A stretch of DNA of 63,279 bases, the filler included, from Reticulomyxa filosa (lineage: Eukaryota > Protista > Foraminifera): the NCBI GenBank assembly GCA_000512085.1. It is 22 parts of 22 records of this genome, joined end to end, with 100 filler letters (N's around TTAATTAATTAA, not from the genome) between each part and the next. Parts side by side here need not be neighbours in the genome. Positions count along the whole stretch, not along the records: positions 17,663 to 29,782 come from ASPP01011809.1; positions 29,883 to 31,480 come from ASPP01007803.1; positions 31,581 to 33,076 come from ASPP01025708.1; positions 33,177 to 34,784 come from ASPP01001987.1; positions 34,885 to 38,967 come from ASPP01007710.1; 17 more parts are not named here. One strand, given 5' to 3'. The position numbers were made by a program, and so were the translations under genes. Each line of letters begins with the position of its first letter. Position 1 is the first letter of the stretch. Below are positions 25,672 through 38,656 of the stretch, one piece after another. A model generated the notes under the pieces. It ran no database searches. It was not told the origin of the DNA and saw only the letters and a program-made list of their open reading frames with translations.

Positions 25672-28600
25672 TTATTCATTTATTTATTTGTTTATTGAAA
25701 TCCTCTCCTTCTTCTTCTTCTCTCTGTTTTTCTCACAACTAATCACAAAACAGGTTTTTCAGTGTAATAATGATGAAAAGTCGCGTGCAATTCGTCGTGG
25801 ATGCTCAACCCAGATACGCCCACAAAACTCGCTTTTAGGTCGACCAAATCGATACGTGTGCTTTCGATAATGATCTCATTGACAGTGTTGGGGTTGTCAT
25901 CGCCAATCATTTGGAAGTGCGTGGCATTAGTGAAGTAGGGCATTCTGGGGACAAATGTGAACACACTCCAAACTGGCCGATGATCACTACCAAATGCGTT
26001 GGGTGCGTTTTTATACACATACTGCCTTAAATCGTACGTATCGTCCAACGAGGTATATAAAATACGATCACAATAGCTCGGTGCTTGCTCACGTTTATTA
26101 CTGATAACATTCTCGTCGCGTTCCCATCGATACGTGGGTGCAAAATCGATCATCCCTTCTTTGAACCCGTCAAATACTTGTTTCTTTTGCATTTGAAACG
26201 CCAATTGATCGTATTGCACAATGTCAATCCATTTCTCTTTTTTGATTAAATCGCACACTTTGTCAAATTCCTTTCCGACGCGGTAGTTCATATCGCCAAA
26301 GAATATTACGTGATGGAATTGATGCAGTACATCTAAGCCAGGCCTCCCCACCGAAAGCATTTTGATAATGCGAAACACATCTTTGGCCCGCTTTTCGTAC
26401 ATTTCTGCACGGGCCGCCAAATGGCAGCAGATGAAGCAAAAACTTGTTTCTTGGAATTGAAATGATATCACCGCCGCACCTTTGTTTCCAATCATATTGC
26501 CTTTTCCTATGAAACATATCACATTGAAGGCGTTTCCATTGCAAAGAAAGAGTGATGAACACATATAATGTTATCAAGCGTACAAATAAAGTGACCTGTG
26601 GCAACTTCTTGATTTTGCAAATGTGAAATCTTTGCGACATGAGCTCGATGGACGATGACGATGCAACCAATCTGTAGGATCCACGATCGATGGAAGATGA
26701 CATAGTCCTTGTGTCCACGATCAATGTGTTTTAACAGGGAGTGCTCCCAACGCTGTCGAGTATTGGTTGAACACTCTTGTAGACCAATGACATACATATC
26801 ATGGGGCTGCACATCGGCAGAGGGGAACCATTGTTCCAAATTTGACATCTTTGGTTCACTCGCTGCCACATTCCAAGATCCCACCATAAGGGATAATCTC
26901 GCTGCACTCATGCGTGTGGACTTGTGAGTTGTGCTGTACACTTGGTTGCTTTGGTCCGATGCGATAGTTCGTAGAGACGACAATCTCTCTTTTTTTGTAA
27001 TATGTGTGTGTGTGTGTGTGTGTGTGCACATTTGATATGTATTTTTTTTTTTCAATAAACAAAAGCGAACAAATATACCAAGAGGAGAAATTTCAGTTTT
27101 GGTTTCTCTGCCTTCAGTTGGTAAAGCCGAAACAGTATCTCTCTCACTCGTTCGTCCGCCTCTAGGCAACGCACTGATCAATCGCCCAACAAATTCTTCT
27201 CTCGCACGTGGGGATATAAATTCATACCAATAGTCTCGTATTTTCACGCTCGCTGCAATGGTATAATTCATGGTCATATGCAATTGATTGGGATTGGAAT
27301 AGGATTTTTCCAGCTGTCTTCCATTTTCACCCATCATTATATACACAAACAATATACATTTTATTTGCATGCAATGTATACACATACACACAAATACATG
27401 CATGTAAGATAAAAACAACGTACCAATACGACGTCACTAAATTGATAATCTTTAAGATGTTCTCCCACAGTTTTCATACGAATAATGTGGTTTTTTAAGT
27501 CCAAGTAGATGACTCGTCTGTGCTGTTTCCATGTATATTTTTTATCGGCACTGGCCCCTTTGCTCGGGGACGTTCGAATCAGTCGAAGCACAGGATAACG
27601 AAATAGATCGGGATTGCTATTGGATTCGAAATCGAAAAATGGATCGTGTTGAGGACCGGTGAAGCTTTGATATAAAGGATTATGTTCAATTGTTGCGGGT
27701 GCGGTATCACCGTCCTCGTGATCATCATTGTCCTGGCCATTGTGATTGTCGGTGTCATGGTCATTCGCATTATCATTGGATTTGTCCTGTGTTTCATTGG
27801 CATCGTCGTACGATTGATGTTTGGTCTTTGCCATTTCCAAATCGTGTTGTTGTTGCAGCAACACCTTTGAATTCAAAAAGCGAACTTGCTCGATAAAATA
27901 CCACAAGTCGTTGTTCGATTGAAATTTGATTTTCATGGGTTTGATTTTGGAAGTGAACACCAGCTCGACAGTGACGTGATTGACGAGTTCAATGGTCGCA
28001 ATCATTTTCACCGATATTTCGTTTGTGCATTTGCGCTTTTCTCCGAACAAACGTACCACCTTTTCGATCAAATGCACAATCATCGTCCGCGTTTTCAATT
28101 GACCCCAGCTCGTATATTGGATCAAATATACCACTTGCGTGCTTGCAACACCGGTGTACTCACTCCCATCTTGCATTGCCAGCGAGGTGTCCAATGTGAT
28201 GCTCTGCATTGTGGATATGGCATCACCTCCATTTACTGGAGTAATCGGTGATGCTTCGCTCTCCGAAAGGGGCGATGCGAGCGCGTCCTCGGGCAGAGAT
28301 TGAACATGGTGGTGTTGCTGTTTGTCCCATTTCGATGTATCGTTGTCATTTCGCTTATTTAATAAGTTTAGTTTTTCTTGAAATTTTGCAACCGCGCCAA
28401 CAGTTTTTTGAAATCTTCACGAGTTTGCAAGGTTTCAAACGTCAAATGGTAGTCACGATTGTCGTAAAATTCCAACTCAATTATGTAGAATACAAATATA
28501 TATGTATATATATATATTTATCCATGTTTAAAAAAAAAAAAAAAAAAATACAAAACTCTCAATTGCGTGTCAGGTTGTTTGGGATGGTATACATCTTCAA

Positions 28601-29720
28601 AAGAACAGATACTACTGACCAAATGCTCTTTATGTGTTTTTCCTGATTTATCTTTAACACGTAACACTTGCATAGAAATGTCCAAGATGAGCGTTCTCGG
28701 CTGATCTCTCGCCCATTTGTCTTTTTTTTTGACAACAAATTCATACAAGGTTTTTGCGTTTGCTCCAAATTCTTCTTCAATCCATTCTTTTTTTGCATAC
28801 ACATGTCCTCGATAAGGGCCAATGGGCCTCCTTTTGCTACCACCCGTCGTCGTGGATCGGTGCTTGCTATTCTTTGAACTTGCACCCACTTTGGCCAGGT
28901 CCGAGCTCGTCGCACTATTGCTGCGTGTCAGACGTCGTCTATTTGTTGTTGTGGTTGTTGCTGTTGGTGTTGTTGGCGTTGTCGGTGTTGTTGGTGCCGT
29001 GGTGGTTGTTGCTACTTCCCTCATTTCTGTCGAGTGTCGTTTGATTGACACGTGACTATCATCTTGAACATGGGGTGTACCAGTCTGTCGATTGACTTTT
29101 CTTTTCTCTTTCGAGCGTCCGTGTTTCAATGGCACATATTCCACAAAGTCCTGTCGTTCGCCTCTTTTCTTTTCATTGTTATTGTTAATGTCATTGTCAT
29201 TGTCGTCGAGGTCATTTGCGTCTGCAGCCTCTCCTGTCTTTGTTTTGTAATGCACGTTGGAGGATGGTGTTTCATTACATACACACATATCCATGCACGC
29301 ATATGTACAAAGCACTCGTTCGACACCAAACTGATAAAGACAACGAGGAATCGCTGTCGGCGTAGTCATCATCGTCAAACAGATATCGAAACAAATACTC
29401 TTCTTGCTCGGATTGCGAAGGCACAAATGGCAATTTGGCGTCCAATCGCAGTTGACGTCCCTTGTCCTTATCTTTGAGTTCTCTTTTCTTGGAATATCTC
29501 GCTCCATCGACTTTGTGCTTGTTGCTTTTCTGATCGTTTGGCTGTAGATGCAAGTGCAGTGCACTGGGGAACATGAACACATTTTTCGAATTGGGACGAT
29601 AGTCATAGTCGCACTTACGCTTCCAACGTTGGGTCCGTGGCAAGATCTCTGGGTTTGATTTTTCACGACGAAGATTGCGCAGACGATTGTTTTTATTCGT
29701 TTTGTAGCGTGCCTTCCACA
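24658..29720 (-). CDS. Inositol polyphosphate 5-phosphatase (IPPc) with N-terminal PH-like repeats and a C-terminal C2-like region, 5' truncated
   Basis: Catalytic motifs GSWNV, DMYVIGLQE, GNKGAA, FCFICCHLAA, FFGDMNYR, FAPTYR, PSYCDRILY and GSDHRPV. The last exon ends ...SKAGA* at 24658. Confidence 0.92.
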
Positions 29721-29727
29721 GTTCCTT

Positions 29728-29782
29728 TTATGTTTATATTTATATGTATGTTTATATGTATGTTTATATGTATGTTTATATG
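29728..29782. repeat. Intronic 12-bp tandem repeat (ATGTTTATATGT-like) at the contig end
   Basis: About 4 visible copies ending at the gap. Confidence 0.7.
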
Positions 29783-30087
29783 NNNNNNNNNNNNNNNNNN
29801 NNNNNNNNNNNNNNNNNNNNNNNNNNTTAATTAATTAANNNNNNNNNNNNNNNNNNNNNNNNNNNNNNNNNNNNNNNNNNNNCCCCCCTTCTCCCCCCTT
29901 GGCAAACCTAAAGTTTGTGTTGCCGCGGCGCGTTTTTTAATGATTTTGACTAATGTGGTGGCACACTCTTTTCAGAAGGAAAGGAAAAAAAATTGAAAAA
30001 AACAAAAGGATAAAATTTATATTTCTATCGTTACGAGTCTACGCTCCCTTTCCACGGAAAAAAATTCCCAAAGCATTAGTTAGCAAT

Positions 30088-31480
30088 ATGGTTTTGCTGT
30101 CTCGCTCCTCTCGTTCGCATCACAATCCTCATGCGCCTAAGCCTGAGACAAACAACAATGAAAATTGGAACATGCTTACTTTGAATCATGTTCCAGCCGA
30201 CTACGATAGAAAGATAATAACAAGTGCGCCAATGTTTGAACTAGAAGGTTTTGGCACACTTGCAATGCTAGTAGTAGTATCTTTCTTTGTGTTCGGTTCT
30301 TTGTACTCGTGGTTCGTCACCAAGACAATTATACCTGTCAAAGTTAAAAAGGAAAAAAAAAAGGACGTCTGGAAGAGGGAGGGAAGATAGAGGAGAAGTG
30401 GGGAAAAAAAAACTTTTGTTAAGACCCTGTAGAATTTTCTTGCGAATTTTCGGTGTCTGCGTGGGGGTCCCCTTTTTTTTCTTCCCTTTGACCGGTTTAT
30501 CCAAAGAAAGAAAAAAAAATAAATAAATAAAAATAATAAAATAGGCGAGTAATGACAATACAGCAAATGGGAGTAATGATAACAATAACGGTGAAACCAG
30601 CAGCAATAGCAATAACAATGCAAATACGAATTGGAATCAGCGCAAAGGCAAACTTGGTATCAATATGAATAACACAACAGCAACAACAGCAACAACAGCA
30701 ACAACAGCAACAACAACAACAGCGACGACAATAACAGCGGCTACTACAATAACAACGGCAACCACTGCGATTACGGCAATAAATAACAGTGGCAATGAAA
30801 ACGAAACCAAAAGCAAAAACTGGAAAAAAAATGGGAACAAACATAAAGGCAGCGATGCGAATAGTGAGCAAAAGGGGGAGACAGGAGACAATGACCACGA
30901 CAGCAACGACGATGTGTGGAAAAAGTGCGACTTTTATATAATGCTCTGTGATCGAATGGTACGACAGTGGTTGAACAAGGAAAGCAGAGCGCATGCTGGC
31001 GACGAAACCATTACAAAAGATAAAGATAAAGACAAAGAACCAGAACCAGAATCAGAACAAGAACAAGAACAAGAATTACAACAACAACATAACAATGTCT
31101 CTGATAAAAGTGACTCATCCGAGATGGGCTCATATAATCTTTATCACCATTCTCACTTCAATCGTGATCACAACAACAATGTCAATCTCAATTTGACCGT
31201 CGCTGCTCCGAAAGGACATGATCCCGCTGGTGTCACTGAAACAAGTAGCGACAAAGATGTTGATGTCAGTACTGCTGCTGCTGCTGACGCTTGTCGAAAT
31301 GGGATCGATGCCAATGACTCTTTGCTCGCCGCGCAAGTGATAGACAAAGAAGCCATTCCAAAGAATGTGTCTGAACTGTCACAATTGAAGCCTCACTTGG
31401 AAAAAGATGTCAACAATAATGACAATGAACATACAAATGACAATGGCAATAATGGGAACGAGAATAAATATGAAAATGAA
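30088..31480 (+). CDS. Hypothetical protein: N-terminal TM segment (weakly PIG-Y-like) followed by Asn/Thr/Ala low complexity, 3' truncated
   Basis: Exon MVLLSR...GFGTLAMLVVVSFFVFGSLYSWFVTKTIIP, probable intron about 30337-30544, then ORF 30665 to the end. Confidence 0.55.
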
Positions 31481-31580
31481 NNNNNNNNNNNNNNNNNNNN
31501 NNNNNNNNNNNNNNNNNNNNNNNNTTAATTAATTAANNNNNNNNNNNNNNNNNNNNNNNNNNNNNNNNNNNNNNNNNNNN

Positions 31581-32804
31581 TTAGTATCCCCATCGGACGA
31601 GCTCCCTACATCAACAAAGAAATGGACAGCAGACAAAAAGAATGAGCATCCCAATTCGACAAAATAATCGCATTACGTCATTCGCAAACCATGCTACTCA
31701 TGCTGCGGAGTTCCGTGCAAATGGCGAATGTTAATTACTTTATCCGCTCCAATTTTGCCGGATATAGTTCCGGATGGGTTAAGATATTTGACGATAAGAT
31801 GAAGCAGACAATGGAAACGATCACAGCTAATCCTATCACATCACAGCAATTGCTACAATGCCAACTCCCAAGTCTTCATGGCGGACTCGGCCTAAAGACA
31901 GCATTGCCATACGCTGGCGCCGCATTTATTGCTTCCGCATTGGCAGCCTCCAAACTCCTGCCATCGATTACAAATCAGTCAAGAACGTGAATTGGTTGCC
32001 AACCGTTGAAATGGACAATGCCGTTCATGATTACAGCACACACACGCCCGACCGAGATAATATTATTGATCTAAACATACTGCCAGAGCAGCCATATATA
32101 TCCAAGGCCGTCTCGAAAAATATGCGCAAAAATTTCCTCGATCATTGCAGTCCAAGCACGCATCGGCGTATCTCTATGCCTACCCACAATAAGGAGTTCC
32201 AGTCATTAATACGATTTCGGCTATCACAACCACTTACAGCAGACGGCAAGTGTCACGGCGGCTTTGATTGCCCATCGCAAATGGATCAGCTAGGGGATCA
32301 CGCATTGACCTGCCCCTTTGGCAAGGTAGAATTTCCCGTCATAATTTAATCACCACATGCATATCAACTCTACTAAAGCGTGCGAGATTAAATCACAAAC
32401 GGGAGGCTCGAGCCGACAGCAACAGTAACGAAAGACCTGGGGATATTATGATTAAATGGTTCGATAACGAAACGGATCGTATCTTTTTCGATATTGGGGT
32501 GACACATAAAAACGTTAGAAATCAGGAATCCGAAAGACTAAGTGCAGCCGATGAATACTTTATGTTCAAGACGAGAAAATACAGAAACATATTCGCAAAT
32601 TCCAGCTCATCGTATATCCCATTAGTTGCGGAAGCAGCTGGCGCCTGGCACCAGGAAGCAGTCAAGGTCTTTAATAAGATCGCCGAGGTATTATCGCACA
32701 AGGAAGGCAGAGACCTCCAGAACGCTAAAGATATAGTCTTTAGGGCCATCAGTGTAGCCCTGCAAAAAGGCAACGCGCTTGCTTTTTGTACACATTGTCA
32801 GTAG
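31581..32804 (+). mobile_element. Non-LTR retrotransposon 3' part with restriction-like endonuclease (CRE-clade-like), frameshifted
   Basis: RT thumb LPSLHGGLGL, Zn knuckle C..DC..MDQLGDHALTC, then RHN, RPGD-x-FFDIGVT, KTRKY and YIPLVAEAAGAW (RLE PD-(D/E)xK domain) across three overlapping frames. Confidence 0.85.
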
Positions 32805-33176
32805 AACCAGGTGCAGCTAGGGTGGTATATGGAATTTTAGGCATCGTTAATTTTTGCCTTTGTTAATTCCATCCCTTATTGGTAAGTATCAAGCACACTA
32901 GTCTACACTATACTTGATGAACTTTGTGTGTGGTTTTTTAAATATGGTATTTATGTCCGCTCTTTTTGCGTTTTATGCGCCTTCAGCGCACCTTAATTTA
33001 ATGTGAACGTCTGGGAGGGCCCTATTTTCAATCTATGAGTATACCATTTTACAGTCAGTGTACTATGAAAAAATCANNNNNNNNNNNNNNNNNNNNNNNN
33101 NNNNNNNNNNNNNNNNNNNNTTAATTAATTAANNNNNNNNNNNNNNNNNNNNNNNNNNNNNNNNNNNNNNNNNNNN

Positions 33177-34540
33177 ATTATTTATGTAAAGTTTCAATGT
33201 TGCAGTATTTGTGTATTGATTGTAATATGGTATTGTTATCCTTAGGCGATCCAGTTATTATGATAATGTCATCCGCGTATAGTAAACATGGTGGTATGTT
33301 TGTGTTATACATCTTTTGTATTATATTTTCTTTTTTAATTTCTTTTATGCTATCATTTATATGTTAAAGAGTGGTCCACTTAGCGAATACCCTTGGCCTG
33401 TACCAGAGTCAATTTTAAATGGATGAAATGAACAATCATTATAGGTTACCATTAGATGGCCTTGGGTTAACATGGAATGTATTATTCATAGCAGTCTCCC
33501 TCTTACTCCAATTTTTATTAGCTTATATAAAATTCCATCATGCCATACAGAATCGAATGCTATATGGATATCTAACAATGTTAGATAATAATGTTTTTTC
33601 TCTATATATTTTCTATTGTGTATTTTGTTATCTAGGAGTGGTAGCAATCTGCGGAGAACCAATCTGTCTATTACCGACAGTAACGCCGATTTTATACGTA
33701 TGCCACGTATATCCTCACATTTATGCACGATACTTTTTTTGGTATACTTACCATTTTTGTTATTAATAGTTTGTGGGAGTTTTTCGTCATTACATATTGT
33801 ATTTATAATATTTGTGAATTGCTTTGGTATTTGTTTGATTAATAGTGAGATCAGTTCATTTGGGATTCCATCTAGGAATGTTGCCTTGTTCATGTTTAGA
33901 GTTTTTCCAACTTCAATAATCTCTTTCTCCTCAAACTGTCTATCTAAGTGTTGGTCAAATGATAAATGCATTTATGTAAATATTTTTCTACTTTCTCTGT
34001 AACTTTGTTCTCCCATTTAATATTCTTATGTTGTGTATGTTTGAATATATTTTGGTAGTATTCTCCAAGTAATGTGCATTTCTCACTATTTCGATTTAAG
34101 GAACATAAACAGATATTATTATTAATTGGTATTTATGTATTACGAGTGTTATTATATTATTAGAAAATTGGTTATGTTTGTCCAGTTTCGTTTTGTTATG
34201 ATACACATCCCATTACTTGGTCTCCCTATATTGTATGTTGTATTTCTTTTATATGGTTTTTGGTATGTTGTTACTCCATTTATTATTATGTTTGATAGAT
34301 TTAAATTATTCTGGTGCGTTTCACAGAATCCAAAAAAGTCCGGTTCTTCGTCCTGATATACCTTTCTGAGTGCAGAGTTTTTTGTTAATTTTAAATTTAA
34401 ATTTCCTTTTATATTTAAAAATAATATTTTGCATTTTAATTTATCTATATTTGTAATATTATTATGATTTACACTATTTATATTATTATTTTTGTTTTTG
34501 TTTAAATAGATCTTATGGTCCGATTATGTGCATTGGCTGA
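33177..34540 (-). mobile_element. Decayed APE-type LINE (endonuclease end plus reverse transcriptase)
   Basis: RT motifs DGIPNE, LLDIHIAFDSVWHDGILYKL, GTGQGYSLSGPLFN and LLYADDIII. APE-terminal SDHK at about 34510-34525. Multiple stops. Confidence 0.85.
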
Positions 34541-34564
34541 ATAAATTGATTAAATTGATTAATA

Positions 34565-34620
34565 CAGTAGATTGCAAAAAAAACTGCCATACCTAAATGG
34601 CACTATTTGGTATTATGTTT
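34565..34620 (+). mobile_element. Diverged CAGTAG-family TIR abutting the LINE endonuclease region
   Basis: TA|CAGTAGATTGCAAAAAAAACTGCCATACCTAAATGGCAC, similar to the copies at 2374 and 15364. Confidence 0.6.
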
Positions 34621-34884
34621 TATCTAAAAATTAAAATATTATTTGTCATTACATTTTAGTCGTTGTAATGATTATATTCGTGTCCATGTCGTGTGTATTG
34701 GTACCTGTTGAAATTTTTTAATTGTTTATTAAATACGTTTTTTAAAAGCCATTATTATAGTATTGATTCTTTTGATAGTTATTCNNNNNNNNNNNNNNNN
34801 NNNNNNNNNNNNNNNNNNNNNNNNNNNNTTAATTAATTAANNNNNNNNNNNNNNNNNNNNNNNNNNNNNNNNNNNNNNNNNNNN

Positions 34885-35691
34885 CTTGCTCCACTAGTTT
34901 GCAATGCTCGACAAACACCGATTGTCCGTCGGGCACCATCTGTGTGCCAGGGACGTGCTGTGGCTTTTCTATGTGCTTGTCTCCATGCACAAACCGAACG
35001 AGCACCACTTCGGCCCCAACCTCCACTCCATCGCCAGTTACGCCTTCGCCTACCTCCTCGAGTGTCTGTAATGTGGATTGGATTTGTGGAAATTCGATCA
35101 CGGAATGTGGAACTCAAGGTTTTGTGTATTTACAAAAAAAAAAAAAATCAGTTTATTATTTATTACAATATATAATATATATATATATATATATATTGTA
35201 ATAAATAGGTCCTTTAGGTGAATGCTTTTGCGATGAAGATTTGAATGGCAATAAAGCGTGTGTGGTGGATGATTACTGCTCTGATGTGGCTGCTTGCTCT
35301 TCCAACAGTGATTGCTCACAGGGAACTATTTGTGCTCCAAGTTGCTGTGGCTCTGGCAATTGCTTCGAAATTTGTAATCAAAATAACGCTTTGGATCCTC
35401 TTTCCAAATTGCTGCCTCATTCTGCTTTCACTTTTCCTTCTCAACAGGACAAACTTTGCACTGATACGTACGTTGAATGTCGGGAGACTTGCAGCCATAA
35501 ATTTGGCCGATGCACGGCAAAACAGTTATTTTTTATTCATTTGTTTGTTGCTTGTTTTGACTGACACTATGTTATACAATTGTTTGCTTGTCTTTTTTTT
35601 TAACAGTGGTCAATGTTCTCATGACGCGGTTCAATGCTTGACACAATGCAAGTCAAAATGGAAACATTGCTTGGAGAGTGTAGATCATTAA
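34885..35691 (+). CDS. Cysteine-rich repeat protein, probably extracellular, 5' truncated
   Basis: Two modules CS(T/S)N(T/S)DCxxGTICxP-x(1-2)-CCGxxxCxxxC joined by a Thr/Pro/Ser linker. In-frame intron 35119-35208. Confidence 0.75.
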
Positions 35692-36744
35692 ATAATAAAA
35701 AGTGGTGGGCAATTTGTAAAAAGTCTACTTTTCTAGGTTATTACTACATAAGTCGTAACATAAACATTCTCTTTTCCAATTTAACCTTTTTTCGCTATAT
35801 TCATCTTTTTGCAACAGATACAAATGCGAAGAGCACATTTTGTGACTGTAAACATAATTCAACCGATTTGCTTATGATAAAGTTCAGCGAAAAAACTTGT
35901 GGTAATAAAAAAAAATGTTAGTAAATCCACAGGAATATTCGATATTTTTTTTATTAATGTGCATTTCTAACCTCGATTTTATGGGTACAACTAATAGGTA
36001 AACTGCAAAAACGTAAATTATGTTTAATTGCTTGATGAAAATTTTTTTAAAAAAGTGTCATTAATGTGCTTTTTTCTTTGTGTCCACATATTTATTTAAA
36101 TTTTTAAAATTTAATATCAGAAAATGTTTAATACGTGAATTATAATGCAAGAAATGTGTTTTATTTATTTTTTATTATTATAATGTATACTTTAAATTGT
36201 AAATTTTTTTAGCAATATATCACTTATAACTAATAATTCTTTTGTTATTTTATGTTTTCACTCAATAAATTTCTTTGAAATTAAATTTTTTAAAAATTTG
36301 ACAAATATATTTGAAAAAAAACATATATATCATTACAATATCACGTGCAAAACACTTTTTAAAAAAATTTTGGTAAAGTTTTTGGAGTTAATTTTATTTT
36401 AAAAAACTTATTTAGTTTTGATGAAAATATTTATATACAAAAGTGTTGATATGAATTTATCATTAAAAAAACATGACTGTCCAATTATATCTCCCAATAG
36501 TAAAGTGATTACATACAGTCACAGTCTCAAAACTTGTGAAGTATAAACGTTGAATTTCCGGCAGATATTTATGCCGTTTTCAGTTTGTACAATGAATTAT
36601 AGTTTCGCGTTGTGAGAAAGTTTAACTTGACGTTGTGCCAAAAAATTTTTTTCCTCATGCCCCCTTTTATTATTCCTTTCATTGCAAAGTGCATTATATC
36701 TAGGAGGACAAAAGGAAAAAAAAAGAAATTAAGAGCAGAAAAAA

Positions 36745-38617
36745 ATGAGCACAGAGGTTCCCTCAACGTCGTACACTCACTCTCAAAAAAAGCTGTTGAA
36801 AAAGTATTACGAAGCGATGGAGAACTCGAAAAGACGTGAACGAGAGCCAGTTCCAAAAGACAAGTATAACTTTGTGTATGTAGTGAGCCACATATTAGGT
36901 GCCGGATCACTGTTGGGATACAATGCCTTGATAACATCAAGCGACTACTTAAGCGAGTATTTCGGCAAGGAGATAATGTTTTGGATCATCCCAGCATACG
37001 TCGCGCCCTCGTTAATATTTTTGTTACTAATGATTAAATACAGTGAAAAATTTCGATTTTCGACCCGTTTGGTTTTCAGCTTCAGTACTACCGGTAACAT
37101 TTGCCTCTTTAAAAAAAAAAAAAAAAAGAAGTGAGTCAAATAATATATATACGTATATACATATATGTACATATATATATATATATTTATATGTGTACAT
37201 ATTTTTTTTTTTTTTTTTGTAAATAGCAATATATTTAATGATCTTTCCGGTGCTGCGCGAATCGCTGAGTACAAAAGCAGGCTATGCCGTGGTGCTTATG
37301 TTGGCGGCTTGGATTGGCGTGACGTCGTCGATCGTGCAAGGGACGGCGCTTGGGTTCACAGGATTGCTAGACGTGAAGCACTCGCAGTCGTGCGTGGCCG
37401 GACAAGCCATGGCCGGCGTGCTTGCGTCGTTCATTCGCATTCTCACCAAAAGCGCCATGTCTGATGCCGCATCCAATCAAAGCGGTTTGGTCTATTACAT
37501 CCTTGGGGGTGTGGTCAACATCCTTTGCGCTGTTTTGTTTCTCCTCGCCCTGCGCACGTCCTTTGTCCAACATTCCCTCAGAGAGTACTTTGTTCGTTGG
37601 TATCAACAAGAGTTGGAGCGAATGAAAAGTTATATGTACAGATATATATATATATATATGTACATATATAATGTATACGTACTTGTATATGTACTTATAT
37701 ATATATGTATATATATGTATATATATGTATATATATATAATGTATACGTACTTGTATATGTATATGCATATGTATAGTCTATGGACCACTACGATCGCTT
37801 AGCTTCATGAGTACGGGAGACACGGAAAAAGGCAAAGAACCCACGGCAAATAATGAGAGAGACACACCGATCCTCTTTTTGAGAAACAACACGTCCGGAC
37901 GGAAGTACAACCGCGGACTGAAAAAAAAGAATGGGAGTACGTACGCGCCGCTGAAGGACGACCACGAACGTGAGTTGGCCGAGATCGACGTTGCGTACGA
38001 CGAGGAGCGCGACTTGGATCACAATGGTCGTCCTTTTGGCTACAGTCACGACAAAGACTACTACGACACGGATGAACATGAATTTCATTATGAAAATACT
38101 CAGGATTATGACAACGAAGGTGAATCTGACAATGGCAATGACAGCCAAAATAATAATGACAATAGCAATGGCAATAACAATGACAATGACAATAACAATA
38201 ACAATAACAATAACAATAACAATGATAATGAACATGCACATGCAAGTACAAATACAAATGCACATGCACATGAGAATGAATACGAATCTGACAATGAGCA
38301 CGAACTTGAGATGGAAAACAATAGTCCAAAGAACCACCACAGCCATAAATCAACTGTGAAACAAGACAAGCCCAACTCCGAGCGTAAGCAACGCTTTGGG
38401 GTTGATACATCCTTAGAGAGCACTCGTATGTCTCAAAGCGTATCCATACCGAGGCCTATTGATGCCAATCAAACTTCTCAAAACAAGTCATCCGTCTCGA
38501 GAAAGGTTATTGTATATGTTTATATGTATGCTGTATTTTTTATTTTTTAAAAAAAAAAGAACGAATACGTATACATACATATGTGTACATATATTGTATA
38601 TATAATATATGTACATA

Positions 38618-38656
<39 letters not shown>

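Noticed and set aside
31581-34784. Single composite retroelement with both RLE and APE (Dualen-like)
   Set aside because: The two parts are on separate contigs, on opposite strands, and differ strongly in base composition.
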